Shown piece after piece: positions 24,397 to 39,089 of a stretch of DNA of 64,000 nt (its first letter is position 1; every line of letters begins with the position of its first letter). The notes beneath the pieces were generated by a model. It worked only from the letters and a program-made list of their open reading frames with translations. It made no database searches and was not told the origin of the DNA. The translations under genes were made by a program, and so were the position numbers. Location of the stretch: positions 91,574,001 to 91,638,000 of the forward strand of contig OZ024746.1 in NCBI GenBank assembly GCA_964016885.1. Direction: 5' to 3'. This stretch comes from Eledone cirrhosa. Lineage: Eukaryota.

Positions 24397-24721
24397 TTAA
24401 CCTGTTGACTGCCACATATATTTTACACAGCTACAGTTGCTGTGTTGACTGCTGCGTATATTTTACACAGCTACAGTTGCTGTGTTGACTGCTGCGTATA
24501 TTTTACACAGCTACAGTTGCTGTGTTGACTGCTGTGTATATTTTACACAGCTACAGTTGCTGTGTTGACTACTGTGTATATTTTACACAGTTATAGCTGC
24601 TGTGCTGAGCTTTTTAGTAAAATGAAGTTATGAACTGTTGGAAATGAGTTATCTCATCCATGGCAATGGAATGCCTACATGTTAACATAAATTATCTCGT
24701 CTACAGCACTGAAGAGGTTAA
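24397..24721. mobile_element. TTAA-flanked MITE with an internal 40-bp unit, about 5 copies
   Basis: TTAA-cctgtt...aagagg-TTAA; tandem tgttgactgctgcgtatattttacacagctacagttgctg. Confidence 0.75.
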
Positions 24722-25146
24722 AGAAAAGAACATATAGATACACTGGGCCCTGAAAATAAGACAGGATAACCATAGCTAAAATACCTTAATTAGGGGTCAA
24801 CTAGGGCCAAACAAGAACAGCAACTTAGAAAATACTATTAGCATAGAAATGTGCTGAGAAACCATGAGAATGTCTTAAAATAAAACATTCAGGTTTATTG
24901 AGAACAAAAAGTACTTATTTGGCTAGACAAAGGATGACTTGCATGTAGTCCAGGCAACCATAAGTGGTCCATACTAAAGTTTTGGTAGTCCAAAATGTCC
25001 TACTGACTTGCATGTTACACAATTTGAAACAGAAGAATTCAGCCCACCATTACTATCAATTTCCATCTTTTGAAAAAGGGATCCTAACCCTGAATTATCT
25101 TAAAATATAAGATAAAAGTGTAAACTGTTGTTTTGTTTGTCTTACT

Positions 25147-25356
25147 TTAACCCTTTAGCATTTAAACTGGCCATATCCAGCCAGAATTTTCTCACCTCTT
25201 TCTTTTCCAACCGGCTGTAACCAACTGTTCATACTTGTGTTAAAGTATTGTTCTCAAAATAAATAATATCGAAATCTCACAGATTCAATGTTATGTGAGG
25301 TAAAGCCTTTACCAAGAAAATATAATAATATATAGTAATATGACTGTTAAGGAGTT
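25147..25356 (+). mobile_element. piggyBac-like MITE (family P)
   Basis: TTAA-ccctttagcattta start; body matches 29272-29474. Confidence 0.75.
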
Positions 25357-25549
25357 AGTCTTGATTTCACTCCATTATTTCTAACCCACATTGTTCTGAC
25401 TTAACTAAAACAACCCAAGCCATATATTTTACAATGCTTCATATAAACTATACTATTTAAATAAAGCATCCATATTTGGAGGTTCATGGAGTTTTTCTCA
25501 TGAATTTTGTGGACCACTTTTTGAAAAAAAGCTTGTGCTTCACTGTTGT

Positions 25550-25895
<346 letters not shown>

Positions 25896-26142
25896 ACCAT
25901 TTTACATCTTGTTCATTATATTCCATACTTTGCATGTTTTCTATTGTTGGATGCCTTCCCTAAAGCCAATCATTTTACAGGGTGGACTGGGTGCATTTTA
26001 TCAAAGCACCAGGTCTAGGGAAGTTATCATGCCCTGGACACAACCGAAGCCTCCTCTTCATTCTCCTTATCATCAACTACTTTGCAGAGTGGACAGGGTG
26101 TATCTTTTGTGACATCAGTACTACCACTTTACAGAGTGGACT

Positions 26143-26196
<54 letters not shown>

Positions 26197-26987
26197 CCTA
26201 TTTAGAAAACTGAGCCATTGTGTGTTGTCTGTACTTGGCAACATTGAGCAATATTCTGAGCCATAACTGTGTTTAGATATGCAGTGTACTTAAATAACGA
26301 AATACTGATGACAGAACCGAACAATACTCCTACAAATCTTCAGATCTAACAACAGATGGATATGACTAATAACATTATGATTCCAATATATACTTAAAAT
26401 AGAACATCACTGGCGCTTCTCAATTATGAGAATAATATCATTTCTACTGAGTTGAAGTAATTTTATTATACATTAATAACGCTATGTTCATTAGTATTCA
26501 ATCCAAAGAAATAAACAAAATAACCAATTTGGAATTGGTAAAGGAATTTTAGCAACAAATCCTCTACTGATACTAAAGAGCTCACAAATAGCACAATATC
26601 TTCATTTTTGATATTTCCGTCTCATTTCTTGCAATCAGTATTCTGTTATCTTTAATGTTCTCATTCTTCTATTCCTCAAATCAACTATCAGAGCATTTAT
26701 TATTATTCCACTGCACTTTGAAATTATGCAAAACACTAAGAATACAATCCTCCACTAAGCTCTTCCACAGGGCAGATTTAAAAAGCTAATTCCATTGCCT
26801 GTAGCTAATTTTCTTATATTCACGTGTTCTTGTTGAGTGAAAAATAAGACTAATTAGGAGCTTATATCAATGGTAAGGAGTTGGTTGGGTAGTGATGGTA
26901 GCTAAAGAGGAGTTGTGTTTATATTTTATAATATATTGCAGTATGTTTTCAGAGATACTAAACACCACCCAATACTCCAATAGAGTA

Positions 26988-27190
26988 TTAACCCTTTAGC
27001 ATTTAAACCAGCTGTATCTGGCCAGAATTCCCTCACCTCTTTCTCTTCAAACAGGCTCCTCATACTTATGTTAAGGTATTGTATTAAAATAGATAATATC
27101 AAAATCTCATAGATTCAATATTATGTGAAATAAAGCTTTTGCCATGAAAATACAATAGTAAATATAGAGTAATGTAAATGGTAAAGGGTC
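26988..27190 (+). mobile_element. piggyBac-like MITE (family P)
   Basis: ccctttagcattta...taaatggtaaaggg. Confidence 0.8.
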
Positions 27191-27954
27191 TTAAAGACCA
27201 TATTTCTGATAAAGTTCAGTTTGTGTTTCAATTCATCCTTTTCATACTAAACTGGCTGAAACTGATGCTAGTTTTGATACTAAGTTATTTTGTTTATTAA
27301 CATCATCATCATCATCATCACTGTTTAGCGTCCATTTTTCCACGCTAGCATGCGTTATATATCTGAAATCTTTCCATCATAATTTTATGTAAAAGTCTTT
27401 GTTAAGTTATGTTCCAAACACCAACTTGATAATTAGAAAGGCAGTAATATTATTAAATCCCTCCAAATTGTTGATTCTGTTTAACATCAATTATTCCACG
27501 CTTGCATGGGTTAGATGGGTTGTCTATGCTAGGAGGCAAGTCTGACCATGATTGGCTATGTCGCACCTTGCTCCAGCAAGGACTGTAAATTTGGCCAGGT
27601 ATTTTCCAGCTGGATGCCAACACCAACCACATTTACAACGTGATTATTTTTTTTAATAATTTCAAAAATTATAGGCAATGTATTTCATTAGAAATTTCGT
27701 AATGAAAGGGTTAATAGATGGAAATTGCTTGTGTGCAGGTGTTTATGTGTGTGCGTGTGTGTGTGTGCAGGTGTCTATATGTGTGTGTGCATGTGTTTAT
27801 GTGTGTGCAACTTAATAATGGGAAAGTTATATTACTAACCACCACCCAACTTGATTATTTACAAAATAACTTGAAAATTCCAGGCAGTATCTTTCATTAA
27901 AAATGTGATAACAAAAGGTTTACATTTTAAATAAGGATTTGAAGAGACTTAGTA

Positions 27955-28153
27955 AACAATTGTTTCTTATTTAAGCACAAGGCCAACAATTTTGACCCCA
28001 GTGCATTACTGGTACTTTATTTTATCGACCCCCGTAAGGATGCAAGACAAAGCTAACTTTGGCGTGATTTGAACTCAGAACGTAAATGGCCGTAACTCTA
28101 TGCTGCAAAGCATGCTGTCCGACACTCTAGCGATACTGTCAATCCACCGCCCT
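27955..28153 (-). mobile_element. SINE family B, full length
   Basis: Reverse-complement match to 28827-29017. Confidence 0.85.
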
Positions 28154-28826
28154 TGTAAAGTAATTAATGTTTCCATTTTTTCTTCTTTTTTTGTATATAA
28201 AGCTGGTTTCAGAACAAAAACTTATAAGTTTTAATGTAAATATTTGAGACAACCAGGGGTTGTCTCAAATATCTTTGAAAGGTTCAGAACAATAGATTTT
28301 GTGGTGGATTTTCACAAAACTTGACAAGAAAAAGAAAAAGTACAAAAGTCAGTTCTCTTTTGTACACCAAATCACCAATTATTGTTCTTCCATTTTTACT
28401 GTAAAATCCACTTCCTAAATAGACTTTAGATAATTAGTCTTCTGCATGTCACATACATGACTGTCTTTAACACCACTTTTAACCAATCAGGATATAACTA
28501 CTTGTAACACATTGGGATTTGCTACATTTACGGACATTATCTTGTTTAAAACACATTTCCACATTTCACCAGAGCCTGTCTTATTGCTGCCATTATATCA
28601 GACGACCGTAAAGACACTTCCGGTTACTCTCAGGGTTACTTATCATAGGTTCTTTGTTCTGGAATATTCTTTATCTTATGTAATACTTTCTCTCATGTTC
28701 ATTCCTTCATTTAATAAACTCCGCCTAATCTCAACAAACTCAACATCTTCTTCACTGAAGTCTGATTTAGTCATGTATCTCAACATCTTGCTCACTCAGG
28801 TCTCATTTAGTCATGTATGTTAGTTA

Positions 28827-29017
28827 GGCGGTGGATTGGCAGTATCGGTAGACGGTTGGACGCCATGCTTTGACGCATAGAGTTACGGCCCTTGCCATTC
28901 TGAGTTCAAATCCCGCCAAGGTTCACTTTGCCTTTCATCCTTAAGGGGTCGATAAAATAAAGTACCAGTAATGCACTGGGTAATTGCTGGCCTTGTGCCT
29001 AAAGTAGAAGCAAATAT
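28827..29017 (+). mobile_element. SINE family B, full length
   Basis: A box tggcagtatcgg, B box gagttcaaatc, conserved gcctttcatcc...ggggtcgataaaataaagtaccag. Confidence 0.9.
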
Positions 29018-29271
29018 TTTCTAACATTCATATACATTGTGATTGTTGCATATTACCTCAATTTTAACTGATATTATTTCTTTGTTTTGCTGAATATTTT
29101 GTCCTGTTCTACATACCTCTACATATAGACATTACCTAGCAAGTTTAAGACTTTCTTTACCATATTTCTATTGAAAGACAGTGCCTGTTATTTTTGAAAT
29201 AATCAAGAAATTTTAGGGATATAGTAATATAACTAACCTTCTCATTATTAAGCTGGTGTTTGGAGCACGAC

Positions 29272-29474
29272 TTAACCCTTTAGCATTTAAACCAGCCAGA
29301 ATTCCCTCACCTTTTTCTGTTCAAACCGGCTGTAACTGGCTGCACATACTGATGTTAAGGTATTGTTCTCAAAATAAATAACATCAAAGTCTCATAGATT
29401 CTATATTATAGATAAAGACTTTACAGTAAAAATACAATAGTAAATATTGAGTAATGTAAATGCTAAAGGGTTAA
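29272..29474 (+). mobile_element. piggyBac-like MITE (family P), intact
   Basis: TTAA on both sides; perfect 14-bp TIR CCCTTTAGCATTTA / TAAATGCTAAAGGG. Confidence 0.9.
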
Positions 29475-29781
29475 ATGTGCTGATATAAAATTCTGATGGA
29501 AGGTTTTTTAGATAAATGCAAAAACTTTAAAACAAACAGTTTTGTACCATCGGATGAGAATCAATTTCAGGTAGTTTGATATCAAAAGGGTTACCTGTTT
29601 ATTGGAGAACTTCTAAAACCAACAGGTTACTATCAAGAAACTATGAAACTATGTAAAAATTCTTTTTCATGAAAAATACATAGGGTACCAGAAATAAAAA
29701 CATTTTTAAATTACAGCTATACTGGAGTCAGTTTGGTATTTGAATGAGACATGAGAGAGGAATATCTCTCTCTCTCTCTCT

Positions 29782-29825
<44 letters not shown>

Positions 29826-31254
29826 TACAGAATCATTCAACATTATATATATATATCTATATATATATATAGGTATTAAACAAATATATAAAAACAAACA
29901 AAAGATATAACGCTGAATCTGATAAAAAATGTTTTTCTTCTGTTAATCTTTTCTTTGAGTTTTCGTATAAATTCACTTTGTTGTTCCAATCACTTGAATG
30001 TATTATTCACTGACAAGCAGAAGTGCTTAGTGCCAAGTTTATTAGGCAAATGGTATAACCAGTTCCATCAAATATTCTTCTTTATAACACTCAACACAAT
30101 GACTGTGAGAATAATGAAAGCAAAAATCCCCCACCTCAAAAAATAAATAAAAATAACAATAATTGAAACATGATGTGTAATACACTGTTCTATGACTATT
30201 TTCATCATAAGAATTCTTCAAGATAAAAAATGTAAGAAGAAACAATAGAATTCACTTATCTAAATAATGGCAATTCTGATAATCTCTACATAGATATATT
30301 TTATCACTTTAATTTCTAAAGTTAGTATTAGAAAGTTTTACTGGAAGACAGTGTAATATATCCTGTCACATTGTAAATTCTACACAATTTATCACTTGGA
30401 TACTGGACTAAGCAATAAGGTTCAGACACAGCTAGGTAATGACTGGAAAAATAGATATATCGATCATATCTGGTCAGTCAGCTGATAAATCTGTGTCATA
30501 GTAATGTTTGACCAAGGTTAAACCAGGACTACATGGGTATCATCATCATCATCCCCACCACCACCACCATCATCACTTTGCTATTCTCCTTTCTCCTCTC
30601 ATTAATCTGAATAGTTATGAACAACTGGTTGAACCCTTTTCATACTCAAACCATCTCAAACTGACCCTAGTTCCAACATACAAAATTGCTTGTTTTAACC
30701 CTTTTCATAGCAAACTGCCTGGAACTACGATTGGTTTGAAGATACAAAGTTGTTGATTTTCAGATATTTTTATTTATCTAAAACCCTTCCATCATAATTC
30801 TAGGTAAGAACGTTTGTTACACTAGTGTAATAATGAAAATTATTTTACAAAATCTCTCAAAATGCTTCATTATTTTCAAAATGATTTGAAAATTTATATG
30901 TAGTAATAAATGACTAATTAGTTTCAGAAAGCCAATACAATGTGGTAGAAATATATAAAGTGTAAAGGATGACAAATAAAACAAAGTCATGTTGTTACCC
31001 AGTATATTTCAACATGATATTTCAGGGCTAATACCCTTTTTTCAAATGTAAAAATGAAGACAGTTAAACAATACTAATAATTTGATCTGATCGATGTGTT
31101 CTTCCTTAACTGCAGTGGTTTTCATTAAAAATATGATAATGAATGTGTTGAGTTACAATAATACATGTCCAGGACGAAAATCAAGGCAATATATGACCAA
31201 CTCAAGTGATAGAAGTGAACTACTTGTACTAAATGATATCTTGTCAAAATTAGC

Positions 31255-31736
31255 AATACATTATTCTCCAAGGAACAGTTGGAGAAAGAGAAGGCGGGGA
31301 AGACAGAGGATCCGGTGGACAGACAGAGGTCCCAGTGGACAGACAGAGGTCCTAGTGGACAGACAGAGGTCCCAGTGGACAGACAGAGGTCCCAGTGGAC
31401 AGACAGAGGTCCCAGTGGACAGACAGAGGACCCAGTGGACAGACAGAGGACCCGGTGGACAGACAGAGGTCCCAGTGGACAGACAGAGGTCCCAGTGGAC
31501 AGACAGAGGTCCCAGTGGACAGACAGAGGACCCAGTGGACAGACAGAGGACCCAGTGGACAGACAGAGGACCCAGTGGACAGACAGAGGTCCCAGTGGAC
31601 AGACAGAGGTCCCAGTGGACAGACAGAGGACCCAGTGAAGAGAGGACCTAGTGGACAGACTGCTAGAGATGGAGGCAGTTGGTGCAGTGTCCTAACGACC
31701 CTAAAAAGGGTTAAGGGACTATGATGGTGATGATGA
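31255..31736 (+). mobile_element. RTE/BovB-like 3' fragment containing a 20-bp minisatellite, about 17 copies
   Basis: QGTV..KRRRGRQRIRWTD precedes the array; ARDGGSW and a (GAT)n-like tail follow it; unit agacagaggtcccagtggac. Confidence 0.75.
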
Positions 31737-31967
31737 GAAATTAATGTCTTTACTCTAATACTGAAAAAATTCCACTAGTAAAGGTACTATAAACATTTGA
31801 ATTAACAAACTCGTTTTTAGATATTTTTGCTGGATCATTACAGCAAGTTAAGAGTTAAAATATTAAAAGAAAATTAAAATATATTGGAAAATAATGAAAT
31901 AAAAAGAGAATGGTAATTCCTTGAAAGATTCCTTCCGGTCATAGTTGACAAACTGACAGACATTATT

Positions 31968-32149
31968 GGCGGTGGCAGTATCGGTAGAGGGTCGGACACC
32001 GTGCTTTGACGTATAGAGTTACAGCCCTTGCCATTCTGAGTTCAAATCCCGCTGAGGTTAACTTTGCCTTTTATCCTTACGGGGTCAATGAAATAAAGTA
32101 CCAATAATGCACTGGGTAATTGCTGGCCTTGTGCCTAAAGTAGAATTAT
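31968..32149 (+). mobile_element. SINE family B
   Basis: Match to 28827-29017. Confidence 0.88.
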
Positions 32150-32394
32150 TGATTAGCCCCAGGTTAACCATAACTGACCTTTGATCAAACAACTTCTAGC
32201 TTCAAACATATTACATAATGTGGTCCAGATGGATTTTATCCAACTCTTAAGATGGAAGGATATGATTATATGATTAAGCCCAAAGCTTAGTTCACGTAAA
32301 CTTATAATAGAAAACTAAAATTTATAAGAAATCAGTAAAGGGCCACAGTTAAAGAACCTGTTCAAATATCTCTCAGCAAACTCAGTGCTAACTA

Positions 32395-33166
32395 TTAACC
32401 CTTTACCATTTACATTACTCTATATATACTATTGTATTTTCACAGTAAAGGCTTTACCTCACATAATATCTCACATAACATTTACATTACTCTATATATA
32501 CTATTGTATTTTCACAGTAAAGGCTTTACCTCACATAATATCTCATAACATTTACATTATTCTATATATACCTCACATTTGTATTTTCACAGTAAAGGCT
32601 TTACCTCACGTAATATCTCACATAACATTTACATTACTCTATATATACTATTGTATTTTCACAGTAAAGGCTTTACCTCACATAATATCTCACATAACAT
32701 TTACATTATTCTATATATACCTCACATTTGTATTTTCACAGTAAAGGCTTTACCTCACATAATATCTCATAACATTTACATTACTCTATATATACTATTG
32801 TATTTTCACTGTAAAGGCGTTACCTCACATAGCATTTACATTACTCTATATATACTATTGTATTTTCACTGTAAAGGCTTTACTTCACATAATATCTCAC
32901 ATAACATTGAATCTATGAGATTTTTATGTTATTTATTTTGAGAACAATACTTTCACATCAGTATGAGGGGTAGTTACAGCATTTAAGCTGGCCGTATTCA
33001 GCCAGAATTCTCTCACCTCTTTCTGTTCAAACTGCCATAACTGGCCACTCATACTGATGTTAAGGTATTGTTCTCAGAATAAATAACATCAAAATCTCAT
33101 AGATTCAATATTATGTGAGATATTCAATAGTATATATATAGAGTAATGTAAATGTTAAAGGGTTAA
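32395..33166. mobile_element. Fused inverted pair of family P MITEs with a 70-72 bp subterminal unit, about 7 copies
   Basis: TTAA-ccctttaccattta...taaatgttaaaggg-TTAA; orientation switches near 32980. Confidence 0.8.
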
Positions 33167-33299
33167 ATACAAAAGAATGTTAGGGATTTAAGACTAGCCT
33201 ACGACGGGGGGGGGGGGGGGGGGGTTGCTTGATCTACAAAAATTGACAACTAAATCTTCCATAAATCACACCCTAGTGTAATTGAGGAAGGACATATTT

Positions 33300-33482
33300 A
33301 ATAATTGTTTCTACTTTTGGCACAAGGCCAGCAATTACCCAGTGTATTACTGGTACTTTATTTTATCGACCCTGTAAGGTTGAAAGGCAAAGTTAACCTC
33401 GGCGGGATTTGAACTCAGAATGGCAAGGGCCGTAACTCTATGCATCAAAGCATGGCATCCGACCCTCTACCGATACTGCCAA
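33300..33482 (-). mobile_element. SINE family B
   Basis: Reverse-complement match to 28827-29017. Confidence 0.88.
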
Positions 33483-34515
33483 TACAATAATGTAGTCACA
33501 CACACACACATACAATAATGAAGTCACACACATACAATAATGAAGTCACACACACACACACACACAGACAATAATGAAGTCACACACACACACATACAAT
33601 AATGTAGTCACACACACACACACACACATACTTACAATAATGTAGTCACACACACACACACACACACAATAATGTAGTCACACACACACACATACAATGT
33701 AGTCACACACACACACATACAATGTAGTCACACACACACACATACAATGTAGTCACACACACACACATACAATGTAGTCACACACACACACACAATGTAG
33801 TCACACACACACACACAATAATGAAGTCACACACACACACACACACAATAATGTAGTCACACACACACACATACAATGTAGTCACACACACACACACAAT
33901 GTAGTCACACACACACATACAATAATGTAGTCTCACACACACACACACACACAATAATGTAATCACACACACATACAATAATGTCACACACACACACATA
34001 CAATAATGTAGTCACACACACACACATACAATAATGTAGTCACACACACACACACATACACTAATGTAGTCACACACACACATACAATAATGTAGTCACA
34101 CACACACACACACATACAATAATGTAGTCACACACACACACACACATACAATAATGTAGTCACACACACACACACATACAATAATGTAGTCTCACACACA
34201 CACATACAATAATGTAGTCACACACACACACATACAATAATGTAGTCACACACACACACACATACAATAATGTAGTCACACACACATACAATAATGTAGT
34301 CACACACACACACACACACATACAATAATGTAGTCACACACACACACACACATACAATAATGTAGTCACACACACACATACAATAATGTAGTCACACACA
34401 CACACACACATACAATAATGTAGTCACACACACACATACAATAATGTAGTCACACACACACACACATACAATAATGTAGTCACACACACACATACAATAA
34501 TGTAGTCACACACAG
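33483..34515. repeat. Minisatellite tacaataatgtagt(CA)n, about 35 units
   Basis: Constant 14-mer alternating with variable (CA)n. Confidence 0.95.
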
Positions 34516-34914
34516 ACACAGACACACTGATAGAAGAATGTAAGAGTGAGAGGAATGTGTTTGATGAGAGGTCTGCCCTATCAGAGATGACCCCAGGCTG
34601 AGACCCCAGGCTGATTTAAGACTTGAAGTTGAAAAGGTTTCTGTATTAAGATAAGATATCAATGTAGTTTAGAGATAAGGGTAACTTTAGGGGCTGCCTT
34701 ACTGTAGTTTAGAGATAAGGGTAACTTTAAGGGCTGCCTTACTGCAGTTTTATCAAGGGAACAGTTTAATTAAACATGGGTCTAGTTATAAAAAAAAAAA
34801 ATGGGGTCTAGTTATAATAAAATGGCAACAGGATGTTTGTAAGTGGCCAACAGGTGCATTGCTAAAAGGGAGAACCCTGAAGGGACAAGGGTTAGTAACA
34901 GATTAGTTGGTCCA

Positions 34915-35600
34915 GGAAATGGAGAGGGGGGAGGAGGAAATTAAATAAAAAGAAAGGAAAGGGATAGGAAAGTAATGATAAAAATCAATTAGAGAAAGTG
35001 GAGAGACAAGAGAGAAAGAGGGGGGTAGAGAGGGGAGGAAGGAGATAGAGAGGGAAGCAGGGAGAGAGACAGGAGAAGAAGGAGAGAGGGGAAGGCAGAC
35101 GAGAGGGGAAGTGGGAGAAGAGGAAGGTGGAAAGGGGAAGAGAGGCAAGGCAGGAGAGAGGGAAAGGGGAAGGCAGGAGAGAAGGAAAGGGGGAGAGGGA
35201 GAAGAGGGAGGAAGAGGGAGAGAGGGAAGGGGGGGAGAGAAGTGGGGATGGGGTAGAAATCAGCCAATAAATGTAACAAAAACAAAAAATAAATTTGAAA
35301 GTTTATAAATAATTCAGAAATCATTAATAATATGGAAGTGATAAGGTAGTGTCACTACTACTACTCCACTACTATATCAACACCACTACCATTACATCAC
35401 CACTACCACCAACACCACTACATCACCACTGCTACCATCACCACCATTATATCACCACTACCCCCATCACCATCACTATATCACCACTACCCCCATCACC
35501 ACCACTATATCACCACTACCACTACATCACCACCACCACTACCACTACATCACCACCACCACTACATCACCACCACTACCACCACCACTATATCACCACT
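34915..35600. repeat. Polypurine tract followed by (CAC/TAC)n low complexity
   Basis: Direct reading. Confidence 0.85.
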
Positions 35601-35918
35601 GGGTTGGTATCCAGAGAGTTAAAAAGCTAAGTAGAAATAGTTATGTAATAGAGAAAAAATAATATTAGCCAAAAACTATTATAAATTATTTCATCAAGTA
35701 TGGTAGACAACTCCAAACATGTTCAAGTCTTATTATGAAGTCATCAGACAAGCACAGTTTTCACTATATCCACAGAAGTAGTGAGGGAAGATTCCTTAAT
35801 CTTTTAATTGCAGACTGCTTCAAACTGCATCAGGTTCTACAATATAAATCTTTTTTTATTTTGAACTATTTATATTTATCTAAAAACTTTCCATCATAAT
35901 TTTATGTAAGAACCTTTA

Positions 35919-36196
35919 TTAACCCTTTACCATTTACATTACTCTATATATACTATTGTATTTTCACAGTAAAGGCTTTACCTCACATAATATCTCACTT
36001 AACATTTACATTACTCTATATATACTATTGTATTTTCACAGTAAAGGCTTTACCTCACATAATATCTCACATAACATTTACATTACTCTATATATACTAT
36101 TGTATTTTCACAGTAAAGGTTTTACCTCACATAATATCGAATCTACGAGATTTTGATAATGTTATAATTTATTGCCAGCTTAAATGCTAACAGGTT
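35919..36196 (-). mobile_element. Family P MITE with a 72-bp unit, 3 copies
   Basis: TTAA-ccctttaccattta start; same unit as 32409. Confidence 0.75.
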
Positions 36197-36498
36197 ATGT
36201 TATATTCAAATATCAACATAATAAGTTAGCTGTATTATAAAATCCCTCCAAATTCTTAATTTTCAAAAATTATTTTAAAATCATAAGCAGTGTCTTCCAT
36301 TAGGAATATGGTAATGAATGGGTTAAGTAAATGCACAAGATTGTTGCTCTCTAGTTGCCATAGAAAAAATAGGATTGTTTAAAGAATTATGTTTTGTGTC
36401 TATCAGATTCCACCATATCTGATATTTGCATGCCAAACAACAAATAACCCGATTCTACCTTAGATGTTGTGGCATGACATGAAGTAGAATCAATATCA

Positions 36499-36845
36499 TT
36501 AACCCTTTAGCATTTAAACTGGCTGTATCTAGCCAGAATTCTCTCACCTCTTTCTATTCAAACTGGCTGTAACAGCTGCTCATACTGATGTTAAGGTATT
36601 GTTCTTTGATATTATGTCAGATAATTATGTGAGATAAAGCCTTTACTGTGAAAATACAATAGTATATATAGAGTAATGTAAATGTTATGTGAGATATTAT
36701 GTGAGGTAAAGCCTTTACTGTGAAAATACAATAGTATATATAGAGTAATGTAAATGTTATGTGAGATATTATGTGAGGTAAAGCCTTTACTGTGAAAATA
36801 CAATAGTATATATAGAGTAATGTAAATGGTAAAGTAAAGTGTTAA
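36499..36845 (+). mobile_element. Family P MITE with a 72-bp unit, 3 copies
   Basis: TTAA-ccctttagcattta start. Confidence 0.78.
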
Positions 36846-36917
36846 AAAGAACAGCTATGATAAAAGTATTACAAGTTAGAAAATGTTCTTGTGAGATAAT
36901 TCTTATATAAAGCTGAA

Positions 36918-37264
36918 ACACCAACACTGCCTATAATCTTATACACCAACACTGCCTATAATCTTATATAAAACCTAGAGACAAGACTGCCTATAATCTT
37001 CTATAAAGACACCATCACTGCCTATAATCTTATACAAAGACACCAACACTGCCTATAATCTTATATAGACACCATCACTGCCTATAATCTTATATAGATA
37101 CCATCACTGCCTATAATCTTATATAAAGACACCAACACTGCCTATAATCTTATACAAAGACACCAACACTGCCTATAATCTTATACATCAACACTGCCTA
37201 TAATCTTATAAAAAGACACCAACACTGCCTATAATCTTATATAGACACCAACACTGCCTATAAT
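36918..37264. repeat. Minisatellite of about 29 bp, acaccaacactgcctataatcttata.., about 12 copies
   Basis: Direct reading. Confidence 0.93.
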
Positions 37265-37969
37265 AATCACCAAGCAACATATTTTAATCCATTCATGACT
37301 GTATTTCTAATTCTACACTATTTCAATTAATTTGAGCGATTTACTAAAATTATTAATTATTTTATTACTAAGATAGTAAATAAAATTATGTTGGAAGATT
37401 TTAATTTAAATTGGAAACCTTTAAAATTGGTGGTTTTATTTCATAGAACCAGAACTGGTTTGGGCTGGGTTGGTAATAAAAGGGATAGAGAAGCTAAGCA
37501 TCTCTGTTTCACCTTTCAAATTATTTGGGAGTGATAGTATATGATGTTATCACCATCTCATTAGTTCTGTTGTCAATCCCTCCTACACAACTGGCAGTTT
37601 CATGCTGATTAGTTACTGAGCTTCTTAACTCTTTCATCTAATTAATGAAGAATTTGAAGTGATTTACTAAAATTATTGATTATTTCATAATTAACATAGT
37701 ATTTGTAACAAAACATAAGAAAAGGTTCCTATATCAAGAATTATGTTGGAAGATTCTAATTTAAGTTGACATCCTATACTGCATGAAACCACATTAGCTA
37801 GACAACCACAAAAGGTTTAAAACAGCACTACACCACATACAAAAACTGAAGTCTTTACTTTAATATTGTCCACTAATAAAGATACTATAAATACATGAAT
37901 AATCAAACCCACATTTAGATATTTTCTTCTAAATCATTATAGGATGTTAAGACTTAAATAAGAATATTT

Positions 37970-38270
37970 CAACCCTTTAGTTACCAGCCCAGCCAAAACC
38001 AGCTCTGGTTCTATGAAATAAAACCACCCATTTTAAAGGGTTACAATTTAAATAAAAAATCTTCCAACATAATTTTATATAAGAACCTTACATTAAGTTA
38101 CTGTCTTAGTAATGAAATAATATGTAATTTTAGTAAATTCCTCAAAATTCTTCATTAATTAATTAAAATAGAGTGTATTTCATTGGAAATGTTATGAAAT
38201 GGGTAAAATAGGTGGTCTTGATTCATAGAACCTGCAGCAGCTTTAATTGAGTTGGTATTAAAATGGTTAA
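37970..38270 (+). mobile_element. Second piggyBac-like MITE family (related copies at 37285-37485 and 38878-39103)
   Basis: aaccctttagttacc...; related sequence recurs in both orientations. Confidence 0.55.
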
Positions 38271-39089
38271 AGTTACCAGTTTATATAAACTACAAGTAAA
38301 TAAAAACTGTTTAAGTCAGTGTTAATATATTTAATGTAGAAGGCATAAAATTTAATTTAATTAGAAAGAACTTCTCCATGAAGCACAGATGTGCCGATAT
38401 TTGCCATAGTATTGATGAAAGAATTACTAAGTAGGCCTGAAAACTAACATCTAACAAATATAATAAATCTTTATGGTTAACTACTGAGAGAAGCCATCAG
38501 CAAGTGACAGTTTATCTGTTAAAACAAGTATAACAATATACAGTCTGTTCACTTTTTATGCAAAATTGAATAACGCGAATTAGTTTTATCGTCCCTTGAA
38601 AAAATATTAAATATTCACTTTGCATGAATAACACTATAACGAGTGTAGTTTTTAATTTTTTTAATTGTGGGGAAATTAGACTTTAATTACACGAATATGT
38701 TTTACACGCCACACCTCCACGTAAAGAACAGAGATTAAAATTGAATAGTTATAAACAAGAAATGTTAACTATTTCATTACAGTTGTTTAGCCCTGGGTCA
38801 GGCCTGATCAAACAGACATATGATCAATGGCTATTGAAGCTATGATACTCCAGTAACTACATTATGCAATACACCTTTTCTAACACATTTATGAACATTA
38901 TTTCTCATGAAATACATTGAATCTGTTTCAATTAATGTTGAAAACAACCAGCAATTTGATTTTTCAGAAAGTATAGAACATTATAAAACATTTCCTTTAG
39001 AAAATCATATCAGAAGGTTTCAATATATACAGGAATAATTTAAAATGAACATTTTTACCACAGAAACAGAGGGTTTTCCAGACAGGGTG

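Noticed and set aside
28240-28271. 14-bp perfect hairpin as a terminator
   Set aside because: Eukaryotic DNA; it resembles juxtaposed Tc1-like TIR remnants (compare gggtgtctcaaa at 22277)
31094-31724. Repetitive secreted or structural protein ORFs
   Set aside because: A 20-bp unit open in all three frames, derived from a LINE fragment
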